A stretch of DNA of 52,842 bases from an archaeon (GTDB lineage Archaea > SpSt-1190 > DYHY01). The notes beneath the pieces are model-generated. The model was not told the origin of the DNA. It searched no databases and saw nothing but the letters and a program-made list of their open reading frames with translations. Position numbers and translations under genes: made by a program. The DNA lies in contig JBBIPP010000007.1 in NCBI GenBank assembly GCA_037442745.1, positions 1 through 52,842 of the forward strand, written 5' to 3'. This document shows positions 9,327 through 18,278 of this stretch, piece by piece. The first letter of the stretch is position 1. Each line of letters starts with the position of its first letter.

Positions 9327-9842
9327 ATGATTCTCTCCGGAAAAAAGGTCTCAGAATTCTTCGCAGAACCAGTTGCTAAAATAAATCCCGCGGGGGTTGA
9401 CCTCGTCCCGCTGGGCGTCTTTAGGATTCCGGAGAAGGCTACCGCGTTCCTCAAGGGAAGCGACCGGGGCTTCATTATTGAGGGCAGGTTCGTTGAGCAA
9501 AGGCTCGCAAAGGAGAGAATTGTCCCCGATTCCGAGGGCTTCTACAACATCTCCCCCGGAATCTATGAGATTGTCCTCCAGAAAGTGAAAATTCCCCTGA
9601 ATGCCACAGGCTTCTGCCACTCAAGGACGAGCCTGATACGCCTTGGAATTGTCAAAGTCGAGAGCGCTGTATGGGATTCCGGATACGCGGGGGAAGGAAT
9701 ACAGATTTTCCATTTCCAAGGAAACGCTAGGATTCACAAGGAGGAGGCATGGGTTCAGTTCGTTGCGTTCCTGAATTCAGTGGAAGCTGGCCAAGGCTAT
9801 TCTGGATACTACCAGGGAGAGAGCCTGAAGGAAAGAAAATAG
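9327..9842 (+). CDS. dut: archaeal dUTPase (dCTP deaminase-like fold)
   Basis: NPAGVDL, SRTSLIRLG, VWDSGYAG, YSGYYQGE. Confidence 0.88.
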   Translation: MILSGKKVSEFFAEPVAKINPAGVDLVPLGVFRIPEKATAFLKGSDRGFIIEGRFVEQRLAKERIVPDSEGFYNISPGIYEIVLQKVKIPLNATGFCHSRTSLIRLGIVKVESAVWDSGYAGEGIQIFHFQGNARIHKEEAWVQFVAFLNSVEAGQGYSGYYQGESLKERK

Positions 9843-9848
9843 GTTTTC

Positions 9849-10379
9849 CTATTGCCCGAACCAAAGCGATATTTCGGTTTCGGCCTCTTTCACGTTCCCC
9901 GATGCGTGTATAAGGTTCTGGACAGGCCTCTTCTCCTTGTTTGCAAGGTCCGGCGAATCGACTGAAAAGTCCCCTCGGATTGTCCCCGGCGGGGAGTTTA
10001 TCGGGATAGTTGAACCGACAAGCTTCCTCACAGCATCAACCGCATGGTTTCCGGAGATGACTAGCGCCACAATCGGCCCTGACGAGAGGTATTCGACAAG
10101 CCAGCCCTTTACAGTCTTTCCAATCTCATATGCGTCAGCTGTTCCGAGTTCAGACACCGGGTCAATACCGAACTGCTTGTATGTGTCAAGAGTCTTGTTC
10201 CCGACAAGGGTTGTCCATTCCCTGTCGCTAGGATAGTGCTTTTCAACCAATTCCCTTGAGGCAACCATAAGCTTCATTTTGTCAATTGTTAGGTTAGCAT
10301 CCTCGAACCTCGAGATTATTTTTCCGACAAATTTCCTCTTCACACCTTCTGGCTTTATCAGAACAAGCGTCCTTTCCAT
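9849..10379 (-). CDS. ndk: nucleoside diphosphate kinase
   Basis: ERTLVLIKPEG, PGTIRGDF, NLIHAS. Confidence 0.97.
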   Translation of the reverse strand: MERTLVLIKPEGVKRKFVGKIISRFEDANLTIDKMKLMVASRELVEKHYPSDREWTTLVGNKTLDTYKQFGIDPVSELGTADAYEIGKTVKGWLVEYLSSGPIVALVISGNHAVDAVRKLVGSTIPINSPPGTIRGDFSVDSPDLANKEKRPVQNLIHASGNVKEAETEISLWFGQ

Positions 10380-10426
10380 TCCTGAAGAGTTCGGGAGAGG
10401 TTTTTAAGACTGACTGAGAATTAGCT

Positions 10427-11134
10427 TCAGCAGACAAACCCTCTCTCCGGAGGGATGATCCTGTGAACCCTAGACTCTTTCAGATAATTGGAAGCTATTT
10501 CAAGATACGTTCTTTTCAGCTCTTCCAGTCCAAACTCCGAGAATCTCCTGTTATAGTGGAGAATTCCACTGAAAACGTCTTCCGTTCCTTCCTCTGAAAG
10601 GCCGTATTCCGAGCAGTCAAAGCCTTCTCTTCCGGCAAGGGAGATGAATTCGGAGAGGGCAACTTGAAAATCTCCCTTTGCTCCCTTGTTCCTTTGGGGA
10701 TATGCGACAAGCTCCTCAAGCCTTTTCAGGGAGTCTTCCGCCCCAGAAACCTTTTCCCTATACCCTTGCCGGGAGAATTCCGTTGTCCCGATAATGAGTT
10801 TTGCCGCATCGGAATAGAGCTTTCCCGCTCCTTCGCTGGGGCTCTTGGAAATCTCAGACACCCCTTCTTTTGAGACGGAATATCCCCTGAGAAAGAGGAG
10901 GAGCTCGTTTGCGGAGAGGTAAGGGAGCATTTCCTTTCCGTTTGGAACCTGTTCAGGAAAAGCGTTTTCAAGAGCCCAATCAAAGAGGGTTTCCAGCGTC
11001 TCCATCCCGAATCCTTCTCCATTCAATTTCAGTTTCCGGTCAAGGAACGAATCGATTTTCAGGAAAACCAGCCTTTCGTATTGGACAGCGTCATATGCGA
11101 ATGCAACCTTGAAATTCTCCGGAGTAAGTGACAT
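10427..11134 (-). CDS. hypothetical protein
   Basis: 235-aa helical-looking ORF with its own TATA-like box; no recognised motif. Confidence 0.7.
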   Translation of the reverse strand: MSLTPENFKVAFAYDAVQYERLVFLKIDSFLDRKLKLNGEGFGMETLETLFDWALENAFPEQVPNGKEMLPYLSANELLLFLRGYSVSKEGVSEISKSPSEGAGKLYSDAAKLIIGTTEFSRQGYREKVSGAEDSLKRLEELVAYPQRNKGAKGDFQVALSEFISLAGREGFDCSEYGLSEEGTEDVFSGILHYNRRFSEFGLEELKRTYLEIASNYLKESRVHRIIPPERGFVC

Positions 11135-11185
11135 TTTCCCCTTCCCTCCGTTTCCAGAACCAGTTTTCCTTAAATGGGTTTTGGC

Positions 11186-13063
11186 TTATTGCCCGCTTTT
11201 CTCCCAAAAATCCTCAATCACTTTCTCCGGGGTCGCGCTAGTGACTGTCCTCAATTCAGGGGGAAAGCACCGGCGATAGTTCGCCCAGGTATAGCGCTCG
11301 TCAAGGAAGACTGCCACGCCCCTGTCTTTTTCTGAGCGTATCATCCTTCCAGCAGCCTGTATTGCCCGGGAAATCCCTGGATAGAGATAGCCGTAATCCC
11401 AGCCTCTCCCGAATTTCCTGTCATAATACTCTATCAGAGCTTTTGTCTCAAGAGTCGGCTGCTGAAGGGGAAGACCAACAACAACAACCCCCTTAAGGAC
11501 GTTTTTCGGGAAATCGACCCCTTCTGAAAGGGATCCTCCAGACACCCCGAGAAGAACTGCCCGCCTCTCAGAAAAAAACCTCTTTAGGAATTCTATTTTC
11601 TCTTTTTTCCCGAGCTCTTGGCTTTCGTCATATACTGGGAGGCCGAAAGAGCAGAGTTTCCCAATATTCTCCTTCAAAAAGTAAGAGGGGAAGAAGACTG
11701 CAACGCTCCCCGGAGTCCGTGCGACAATTTTCGATATTGAGTCAGAGAGCTTCTTGTACTGGTTCTCCCCCCTCGAGGAGAATTTTGTTGTGACCCCTGT
11801 TGCAATGATGTTCAGCCTGTTTTCCTGCGGGAAGGAGGATGCGAACGACCGCACAGTTGTCCTCTCATCAGGCATCCCGAGGAGCTCTGCATACATTTTC
11901 ATTGGAATTAGCGTTCCGCTCATCAGAATTAGCGAGCGGGCTGAGCGGACAATCTCTTTCGAGCCGACCGCAGGGTCGAGGCACCTGTATGAAAGCGTCC
12001 CAAAAGGCTTTCCGGACTTGGTCTTCCTTATCTGAAGAGTCCTGACAAAGCCCTCGTCAGGCCCGAGCCAGTCCTCAGAAAAGCTTGCGAGCGCGCCCGC
12101 GGAGCTCTTCCTTTTTTTCTGCCTTATTTCGTTTGAAATCTCCCCGATTTTCTTAGAGAAAGTCTCAACGCTCCCGTAGGCTCTTCCTACAAGCTCATCG
12201 AAATCCCCCCGGACAAGGAGAGCCTCCCTTTCGCCCCCGGCTTTCTTGAGGAGGGCCCGCACACCGTGCCCGACCTGCTCGACAACTTCTGCGAAATCAT
12301 ACTGCCCGAACTCGGAGAGCTCGCGGGCGGCCCTCGATATCCCTATTTCGGATATTGTGCTGGAAAGAGTTTCCCTGATTCTTTCCGGCAGGTTGTGGGC
12401 TTCGTCCGCAATTATCACAGCATCCTCGAAGGTTTTTTCAGTCTTGAATAGGAAGCTTGTTGCTGAGCGGGGGTTGAATAGGTGGTAATAGTCGCAGACA
12501 ATGACATTCGCCCTTTTTGCGAAGAACGCCATTACCTCATACGGGCAAAAATTCTTCGTGAGCTCGACCGCCTCTTCCACGTGCAATGGAGGGTTTTCAA
12601 GGAGAAGCTCCGCCGCCCTTTTCGCATCCCCAGTAATCTGGCTTTTCTTATATGTCCTGTTGTAATAAGGGCAGACTTCGTCCCTTCTGACTGACGAGCA
12701 ATAGTCGAGAAAGTCCCTTCCTGACAATTCCCGGGCGCCCGAGACCTGGCAGAGCCATTTTTTCCCAATAAAATCGGCTGCAGTTATTTTGACGCCCTTT
12801 TTTGCAAGGAGCTTCAAAGTCTCTATTGCTATCCTGTGCTGGGAATGCTTTGGCGTGAGGAAGAAAACAGTTCCCCCGCTCTCAGCAGCCCATCTAGTGG
12901 CGGGAACGAGGGCTCCTGCAGTCTTTCCGATTCCTGTTGGAGCATGGCAGACAAGGCCGCGCCCGGCCCCAATTGACGCTCGGACTTCCTCAGCCATTTC
13001 TCTTTGGCCCTCCCGCATTCTCTCAAACGGGAAAAGGCTTTCGATTGCGCCCTCCGCCTCCAT
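11186..13063 (-). CDS. xpd: XPD/Rad3 Fe-S DNA helicase
   Basis: APTGIGKT, Fe-S cysteines, DEAH, SGTL, SEGVDF, QAAGRMIR. Confidence 0.95.
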   Translation of the reverse strand: MEAEGAIESLFPFERMREGQREMAEEVRASIGAGRGLVCHAPTGIGKTAGALVPATRWAAESGGTVFFLTPKHSQHRIAIETLKLLAKKGVKITAADFIGKKWLCQVSGARELSGRDFLDYCSSVRRDEVCPYYNRTYKKSQITGDAKRAAELLLENPPLHVEEAVELTKNFCPYEVMAFFAKRANVIVCDYYHLFNPRSATSFLFKTEKTFEDAVIIADEAHNLPERIRETLSSTISEIGISRAARELSEFGQYDFAEVVEQVGHGVRALLKKAGGEREALLVRGDFDELVGRAYGSVETFSKKIGEISNEIRQKKRKSSAGALASFSEDWLGPDEGFVRTLQIRKTKSGKPFGTLSYRCLDPAVGSKEIVRSARSLILMSGTLIPMKMYAELLGMPDERTTVRSFASSFPQENRLNIIATGVTTKFSSRGENQYKKLSDSISKIVARTPGSVAVFFPSYFLKENIGKLCSFGLPVYDESQELGKKEKIEFLKRFFSERRAVLLGVSGGSLSEGVDFPKNVLKGVVVVGLPLQQPTLETKALIEYYDRKFGRGWDYGYLYPGISRAIQAAGRMIRSEKDRGVAVFLDERYTWANYRRCFPPELRTVTSATPEKVIEDFWEKSGQ

Positions 13064-13120
13064 TCAAGGAACTTTTTGCAAGAGTTTAAAATACCACTCT
13101 TGCCCCTCTTTCCGGTAATA

Positions 13121-13708
13121 ATGGACAACAACGCTAACGGAGCCAAGGCGCTGAGAAAGGAGAATATTTCCGCAATAAAGGAGATTCTTCAGGCAGTGTC
13201 TGACGGGAATGTCAAGAAAATGAAGGATATTGCAAACAATGTCCTTCGGGAAGTTCCGGTGACAAAGGACCAATATTCGATAAAAATATCCGTAATTTCC
13301 TACTCCCTCTCGAAAATATTCAACAAAGACTATTACAGGAAAGACGAGATGCGCTGGCAGGAGTTCGTAATTGACCTGAGGAACAACCTCCGTAGCTCCC
13401 TTGAGCGGCCGGAGAAACTCGAGCTCGTGTTCTCGGACATTAAGCGCTTGGACGAGTCCGTCGGCAGGTTCGTTTCCAAGGTAACTGACAAGGGGCTCTC
13501 GAAGAAGGCTTCGACCCTGTATGCGTACGGCCTCTCTCTCGGGACTGCTGCCGGCCTTACTGGAACGAGCAAATGGGATGTTCTAAAGGAGATTGGCCAG
13601 ACAAAAATGTCTGACGAAGGGGGGAAAGAGGTGCTCTCTTTGGAGAAGCGCTTCAAGCTCGCCCGCCAGATTCTTGGGGAAGCAGGCTCTGACGGGAGGT
13701 CTCTCTGA
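13121..13708 (+). CDS. protein with C-terminal UPF0175-like HTH
   Basis: LYAYGLSLGTAAGLTGTSKWDVL; ATG 13121 downstream of TTTAAAA at 13085. Confidence 0.7.
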   Translation: MDNNANGAKALRKENISAIKEILQAVSDGNVKKMKDIANNVLREVPVTKDQYSIKISVISYSLSKIFNKDYYRKDEMRWQEFVIDLRNNLRSSLERPEKLELVFSDIKRLDESVGRFVSKVTDKGLSKKASTLYAYGLSLGTAAGLTGTSKWDVLKEIGQTKMSDEGGKEVLSLEKRFKLARQILGEAGSDGRSL

Positions 13709-13710
13709 GA

Positions 13711-14418
13711 ATGGCAAAAGTCCGCTCAGAAGTTGTCTGCGACTCATCAAGCATAATAACACTTGCCGAGGTCTGCCTGCTAGATGTTCTCTCAGAAATG
13801 GCCCGTTCAGGGGCGAAGTTCTACATACCGCTGGGGGTGAAAAAGGAGATTGTCGACACCCCAATATCGACAAAGTCGTTCAGGTTCGAGGCAGTGCGGA
13901 TATTGAACCTAATTGAAAAGGGCGTTCTCACCCTAATTGACAAGGAGAATGTCTCGGCGGAAGCAAGGGAAATAGGGGGGAAAATAATGGAAGTGGCGAA
14001 TTCAATATTCTCCTGCGAAGGACGGCCGATTCACCTGATTGACTATGGGGAGTGCGATGCACTTGGTCTCGCCCTCTCAATAGGGTGCGAAACAATCCTC
14101 GTTGACGAGAAAACGACCCGCCTACTTATAGAGAATCCTGACGCCCTCAGGCAGTCATTGGAATCTAGGATGGGAAAGCGGGTTGACACATCAAGAGACA
14201 AGCTCTCTGAACTCTCAAGCGTCCTCTCAAGCCTTTCCGCAATAAGGTCCGCTGAAATAGTTGCGGTGGCTTTCGAGGAAGGTCTCTTCAAAAAAGTGTG
14301 CTGCAACGCCCACGGAAAGGAAGTCCTCTCAGGAGCCCTAGTTGCGATAAAGGAGAATGGGTGCTCAATTTCCGAGAAGGAGATAGAGGAATACCTCTCA
14401 ATGCTTGTTCCTGCTTGA
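13711..14418 (+). CDS. PIN-domain protein (DUF3368-like)
   Basis: VVCDSSSII, GECDALGLA, ILVDEK acidic PIN residues. Confidence 0.8.
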   Translation: MAKVRSEVVCDSSSIITLAEVCLLDVLSEMARSGAKFYIPLGVKKEIVDTPISTKSFRFEAVRILNLIEKGVLTLIDKENVSAEAREIGGKIMEVANSIFSCEGRPIHLIDYGECDALGLALSIGCETILVDEKTTRLLIENPDALRQSLESRMGKRVDTSRDKLSELSSVLSSLSAIRSAEIVAVAFEEGLFKKVCCNAHGKEVLSGALVAIKENGCSISEKEIEEYLSMLVPA

Positions 14419-14456
14419 AAAGATATAAAAAAGCCCCTTTGAGCCCCTTTACGAAA

Positions 14457-16049
14457 ATGGAAACTCCCTCTCCGAAAAACGAAGTTTCAGGCGAATCCGA
14501 TAGCGCTCTCTACTGGACAGATTCCCTTGCACGGGAAATAAAGGACAGGTTCCCAAACCTCTCCCATTTCGTGATAAACGACGCCAAGACCCCTTCAGGA
14601 GTAATCCATGTAGGAAGCTTGAGAGGGGTTGTTATCCACGACGCAATAAGGCGATCATTCTCAGAAGCTGGGATGGCTGCCGAATTCTTCTACGAGTTCG
14701 ACGATATGGATGCATTCGATAGGGTGAATAAGGGCCTCCCGGAGGAATTCAATTCCCATTTGGGAAAGCCCTTTTGGAGAATACCTTCCCCTGAACCCGG
14801 CTACAAATCGTTCGGCCACTGTTATGCTGAAAAGTTTGCCGCAATATTCCCGATTCTCGGAGCCAAAGCCAGGATGTTTTACATGTCAGACCTCTATCTT
14901 TCGGGAAAAATGAACGCGTCAATAAGGACCGCGCTTGACAATGCGAAGAAAATAAACGAAATCAACGAGCGGATATCTGGCGCAAAGAAAAAGGAAGAGG
15001 AACTCCCTTTCCAGCCTATTTGCGAGAAATGCGGGAAAATTGGCTCGACATTCTCATATGACTGGAATGGAAAGACTGTCAAATACAAGTGCGTTCCCAA
15101 AAAAGCGGAATGGGCGGACGGATGCGGGCACGAGGGGGAAATATCTCCTTTCGACGGAAGAGGGAAACTCCCTTGGAAAGCCGAATGGGCGGGAAGATGG
15201 CCTGTCCTTGGGATAAATGTTGAGCTTGCCGGAAAGGACCATTATACAAAGACAGGTTCAAGGGCAGTCTCAGACGTCCTTTCGAACGAAGTTTTCAATT
15301 ATCCAAACCCCTACGGGTTCGGCTATGAGTGGTTCCTTGTCGGCGGAAGGAAAATGTCAACATCAAAAGGGGTCGGGCTTCCTGCGGACGAGGCGGTTGA
15401 ATTAATTCCTCCAGTCCTCCTGAGATTCCTCCTGATAAAAACAAGACCAAGAGCCCAATTGGATTTCGACCCCTCCGGATATACGCTAATACGCCTGTTT
15501 GACGAATATGACAAATATGAAAAGAGCTATTTCGGAGCCGGGGAAATTCCCACAGGCGAAATAAACGTAAGGAGAATCTACGAGCTCTCCCAAGTGGCGG
15601 GAATTCCGAAAAAACTCCCCGAAAACATCCCCTTTAGCCATGCGGTCACCCTCGTCCAGATTTTCCCTGACACCGAGTCAATTGTGAAAAGAATTGGCCT
15701 TGATTCCCCGGAATTAAGGGAACGGTTGGAATTTGCAAGGAACTGGGTTGAGCGAGGATATTCCCCCGACGAGATGGTATTCACTTTGAAAAAAGACGGC
15801 ATTCCAGAGGAAGCTCTTTCTCTATCAGAACCCCAGAAAAATGCGCTCTCAATTCTTGCGGATTTCGTTGAAAAGGACGAGCTTGAAGGGTCAAAGCAGG
15901 TGCCTGAGCTTGCCGGAATTACCCCGAAAGAATTCTTTTCGGCAGTATATCTTTCCCTATTCGGAAAGGAGAGGGGCCCGAGGCTCTCAACAATACTTGA
16001 ATTATTCGACAGAGACCTGTTGGTTAATAGGTTCAGGCTTGTCAAGTAA
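14457..16049 (+). CDS. lysS: class I lysyl-tRNA synthetase
   Basis: TPSGVIHVGSLR, GKLPWKAEW, GKDH, KMSTSKG, GPRL. Confidence 0.97.
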   Translation: METPSPKNEVSGESDSALYWTDSLAREIKDRFPNLSHFVINDAKTPSGVIHVGSLRGVVIHDAIRRSFSEAGMAAEFFYEFDDMDAFDRVNKGLPEEFNSHLGKPFWRIPSPEPGYKSFGHCYAEKFAAIFPILGAKARMFYMSDLYLSGKMNASIRTALDNAKKINEINERISGAKKKEEELPFQPICEKCGKIGSTFSYDWNGKTVKYKCVPKKAEWADGCGHEGEISPFDGRGKLPWKAEWAGRWPVLGINVELAGKDHYTKTGSRAVSDVLSNEVFNYPNPYGFGYEWFLVGGRKMSTSKGVGLPADEAVELIPPVLLRFLLIKTRPRAQLDFDPSGYTLIRLFDEYDKYEKSYFGAGEIPTGEINVRRIYELSQVAGIPKKLPENIPFSHAVTLVQIFPDTESIVKRIGLDSPELRERLEFARNWVERGYSPDEMVFTLKKDGIPEEALSLSEPQKNALSILADFVEKDELEGSKQVPELAGITPKEFFSAVYLSLFGKERGPRLSTILELFDRDLLVNRFRLVK

Positions 16050-16062
16050 AGTTAGTTACTTT

Positions 16063-16425
16063 TCAGTATAATACAGTCATTCCGCCGAAAGACCCGCTAG
16101 GAATGCTTGCCGAAACAACGACCTCTTCTGTCCTGTCTTTCTTTGTTATCCCGAGCCGAAGTTCCTCCTCAATTTCACAGACAATTCTGAAGAGTTTCGC
16201 CTGCGCGAACTTGCCGTAAATGGGCTCAATTGAAACGCTTTTCCAGACATCGGAATGGGGGTTCTCGGAAACGAGTATTGTGTCAACATGGCAACGCTTT
16301 GAGAGAATTTCCGCACCTTTGGTGTTCCTGACACCGTATTTCCGGGCCAAGTGGGCTTCGAGCTTTGATAGGAGGGCTATTTCCCCCACTGTATTATTTG
16401 AATCCTCATTTGTCCTTTTTTCCAT
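16063..16425 (-). CDS. hypothetical protein (accessory)
   Basis: 120-aa ORF with TATA-like TATATAAA upstream; divergent from the nuclease gene. Confidence 0.6.
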   Translation of the reverse strand: MEKRTNEDSNNTVGEIALLSKLEAHLARKYGVRNTKGAEILSKRCHVDTILVSENPHSDVWKSVSIEPIYGKFAQAKLFRIVCEIEEELRLGITKKDRTEEVVVSASIPSGSFGGMTVLY

Positions 16426-16521
16426 TTCTGACAGATAATACTCCGAACTCCTTTATATACTTACTTATAAGTAGTTAAAATAAGGAAGATTTATAAAGCT
16501 GTTTTGCGCATAGTGTTCAAG

Positions 16522-16980
16522 ATGTCCCCGCTCTCAAAACCCGAAAGGAAAAAGCGAAAGGGCGCCCAGTACAAGGAGCTTGTGGGTGCCGCTTTGAGGG
16601 AAGTTCTTCTGCCGGGAGAAACGCTATGCGATGTGGATTCGGATTTGGCCAGAGCATTCCTCCCGACAAATGCTTGGTCTGTCGAGGGAGTCAAGCGCCC
16701 GGACTATCTCCTGGTATGCCTCTCCGGAGAGACTACATATGTGACGCCGATTGAGGTGAAATACCATTGTCCGCGGAACGGGAATTCCCAGATAAGACCT
16801 GAGGTGGCAAAGAAAGTTGTCAATGAATACCGCAAATACGGGATTCCTCCGCTGTGCGATTCTAAGAACGTGCAGGTTCTTCCAGGACTCATAATCACGG
16901 AGCGGTATCTCTCCGGAAGATATCCCAAAAGCGCGATGTTCCTTACTGTTGCCGAGGCGCGGACGTACAATAAAAAATGA
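16522..16980 (+). CDS. PD-(D/E)xK nuclease-fold protein
   Basis: KRPDYLLV...PIEVKY motif; TTTATAAA at 16490. Confidence 0.7.
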   Translation: MSPLSKPERKKRKGAQYKELVGAALREVLLPGETLCDVDSDLARAFLPTNAWSVEGVKRPDYLLVCLSGETTYVTPIEVKYHCPRNGNSQIRPEVAKKVVNEYRKYGIPPLCDSKNVQVLPGLIITERYLSGRYPKSAMFLTVAEARTYNKK

Positions 16981-16994
16981 ATCGAGCAGGGGGT

Positions 16995-17314
16995 TTGTGG
17001 TGGGCGGGGCCGTTCAGCCAAGGCTGGACTTCGCTTAAGCTCAGGAATTGGCGACCATCTATTCGATAAAATTATCCGAGCCAAGGCGAGGATTGAGTCA
17101 ATATAAAAGGTCCGTTCGGAGAACGGACAACCCGTCAACGGCACGAGCGTTAGCGAGTGGGGTTGTGGTGGGCCCGGCCGGAATTGCAACAAAACTTTAT
17201 GAAAGTTTTATCAAAGAGTCCGTTGCCGGGCAACGGACGGGTTTTCTTTACGCCCGTCAACGGAGTTTTCTTTTTCAAAAGAAAAATGAGTTGTGGTGGG
17301 CCCGGCCGGAATTG
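16995..17314. repeat. three-copy array of the tRNA-Val 3' end with hairpin spacers
   Basis: GTTGTGGTGGGCCCGGCCGGAATTG exact at 17162-17186 and 17290-17314; degenerate, interrupted copy at 16995-17056. Confidence 0.85.
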
Positions 17315-17368
17315 AACCGGCGACCTTCGCAGTGTCAGTGCGACATCATACCACTAGACAACGAGCCC
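17294..17368 (-). tRNA. tRNA-Val(GAC), CCA encoded
   Basis: GGGCTCG...CGGGCCCACCA; anticodon arm TCGCA-CTGACAC-TGCGA. Confidence 0.97.
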
Positions 17369-17404
17369 GCACAGGGGAATATGCCTTTCAGGGGTTTAAA
17401 AAAA

Positions 17405-17836
17405 CTATTGTTTAAGCTTTTTTTCAAGAAGGAACCAGGTAAAGTGGAACTTGCCATCAGGAAGCTCTCCTACCTTCTCAAAGCCCATTTTCCCATAGAA
17501 TCCGAGATTTCCGTGCCTCTCAGATGTCGAGAGTTCAATTTTGTGGCAGTCTAATTCAAGGGCTCTCTTTTCAACGCCCTCTAAAATCGTTTTTCCTATT
17601 CCCCTTCCTCTCGCGCTCCTAGACACCAGGAGATCTTTCAGGTGGCAGACTCCTCCTGTGAAAGAATAATCCGCATAGCCAATTGGTTTTTTTCCTTCAA
17701 ATGCCACCAGAGTCTCTTTCTTGACTGAATATCTATATCCCTTTTCCTTGTTGAATTTTAGCCACTCTCTCCTTGCCCATAAATCTAGAGAATTGTCCTT
17801 TTTGGAAAGCCGTCTGATTGAGATCTTCTTTTCCAT
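17405..17836 (-). CDS. GNAT acetyltransferase
   Basis: LLVSRSARGRGIG acetyl-CoA motif, FYGKMGF. Confidence 0.92.
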   Translation of the reverse strand: MEKKISIRRLSKKDNSLDLWARREWLKFNKEKGYRYSVKKETLVAFEGKKPIGYADYSFTGGVCHLKDLLVSRSARGRGIGKTILEGVEKRALELDCHKIELSTSERHGNLGFYGKMGFEKVGELPDGKFHFTWFLLEKKLKQ

Positions 17837-17893
17837 TATGGTACTTTTCAGAGCAAGGCGTGTTAATAAGTTTTAAAGCAAAAATTTCAGAAT

Positions 17894-18093
17894 CGCGAGT
17901 CCCGAAAATAAAACCGCGCCTCGGGACAATTAACTTTATGGCCCGGTGGTTGAGCCCACAGGCGAAATCCCGGGACCGCGAGTCCCGAAAATAAAACCGC
18001 GCCTCGGGACAATTAACTTTATGGCCCGGTGGTTGAGCCCACAGGCGAAATCCCGGGACCGCGAGTCCCGAAAATAAAACCGCGCCTCGGGAC
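17894..18093. repeat. 83-bp tandem repeat (2.4 copies) in the tRNA-Arg(TCT) trailer
   Basis: Exact units start at 17894, 17977 and 18060; full units contain GGCCCGGTGGTTGAGCCCAC, similar to the tRNA 3' arm. Confidence 0.95.
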
Positions 18094-18096
18094 GAG

Positions 18097-18171
18097 CGGG
18101 CCCGGTGGGATTTGAACCCACGACCTACTGCTTAGAAGGCAGTCGCTCTATCCAATCTGAGCTACGGGCCC
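18097..18171 (-). tRNA. tRNA-Arg(TCT), no encoded CCA
   Basis: GGGCCCG...CGGGCCCG; anticodon arm ACTGC-CTTCTAA-GCAGT. Confidence 0.97.
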
Positions 18172-18278
18172 TTTTCGGCGAATGTCCTGTGAAAATTCCC
18201 GGTTTATAAAAAAGCCTCCTTTATTCGCTCCTTTCTACTCAAAACCTTTTTAACTACTTGAAATAAAGTAAATCCGCT

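Noticed and set aside
18060-18096. Theta/HDV-like ribozyme in the tRNA-Arg trailer
   Set aside because: Only a P1-like stem is present; no P3/L3, P1.1 or J4/2 elements could be placed.
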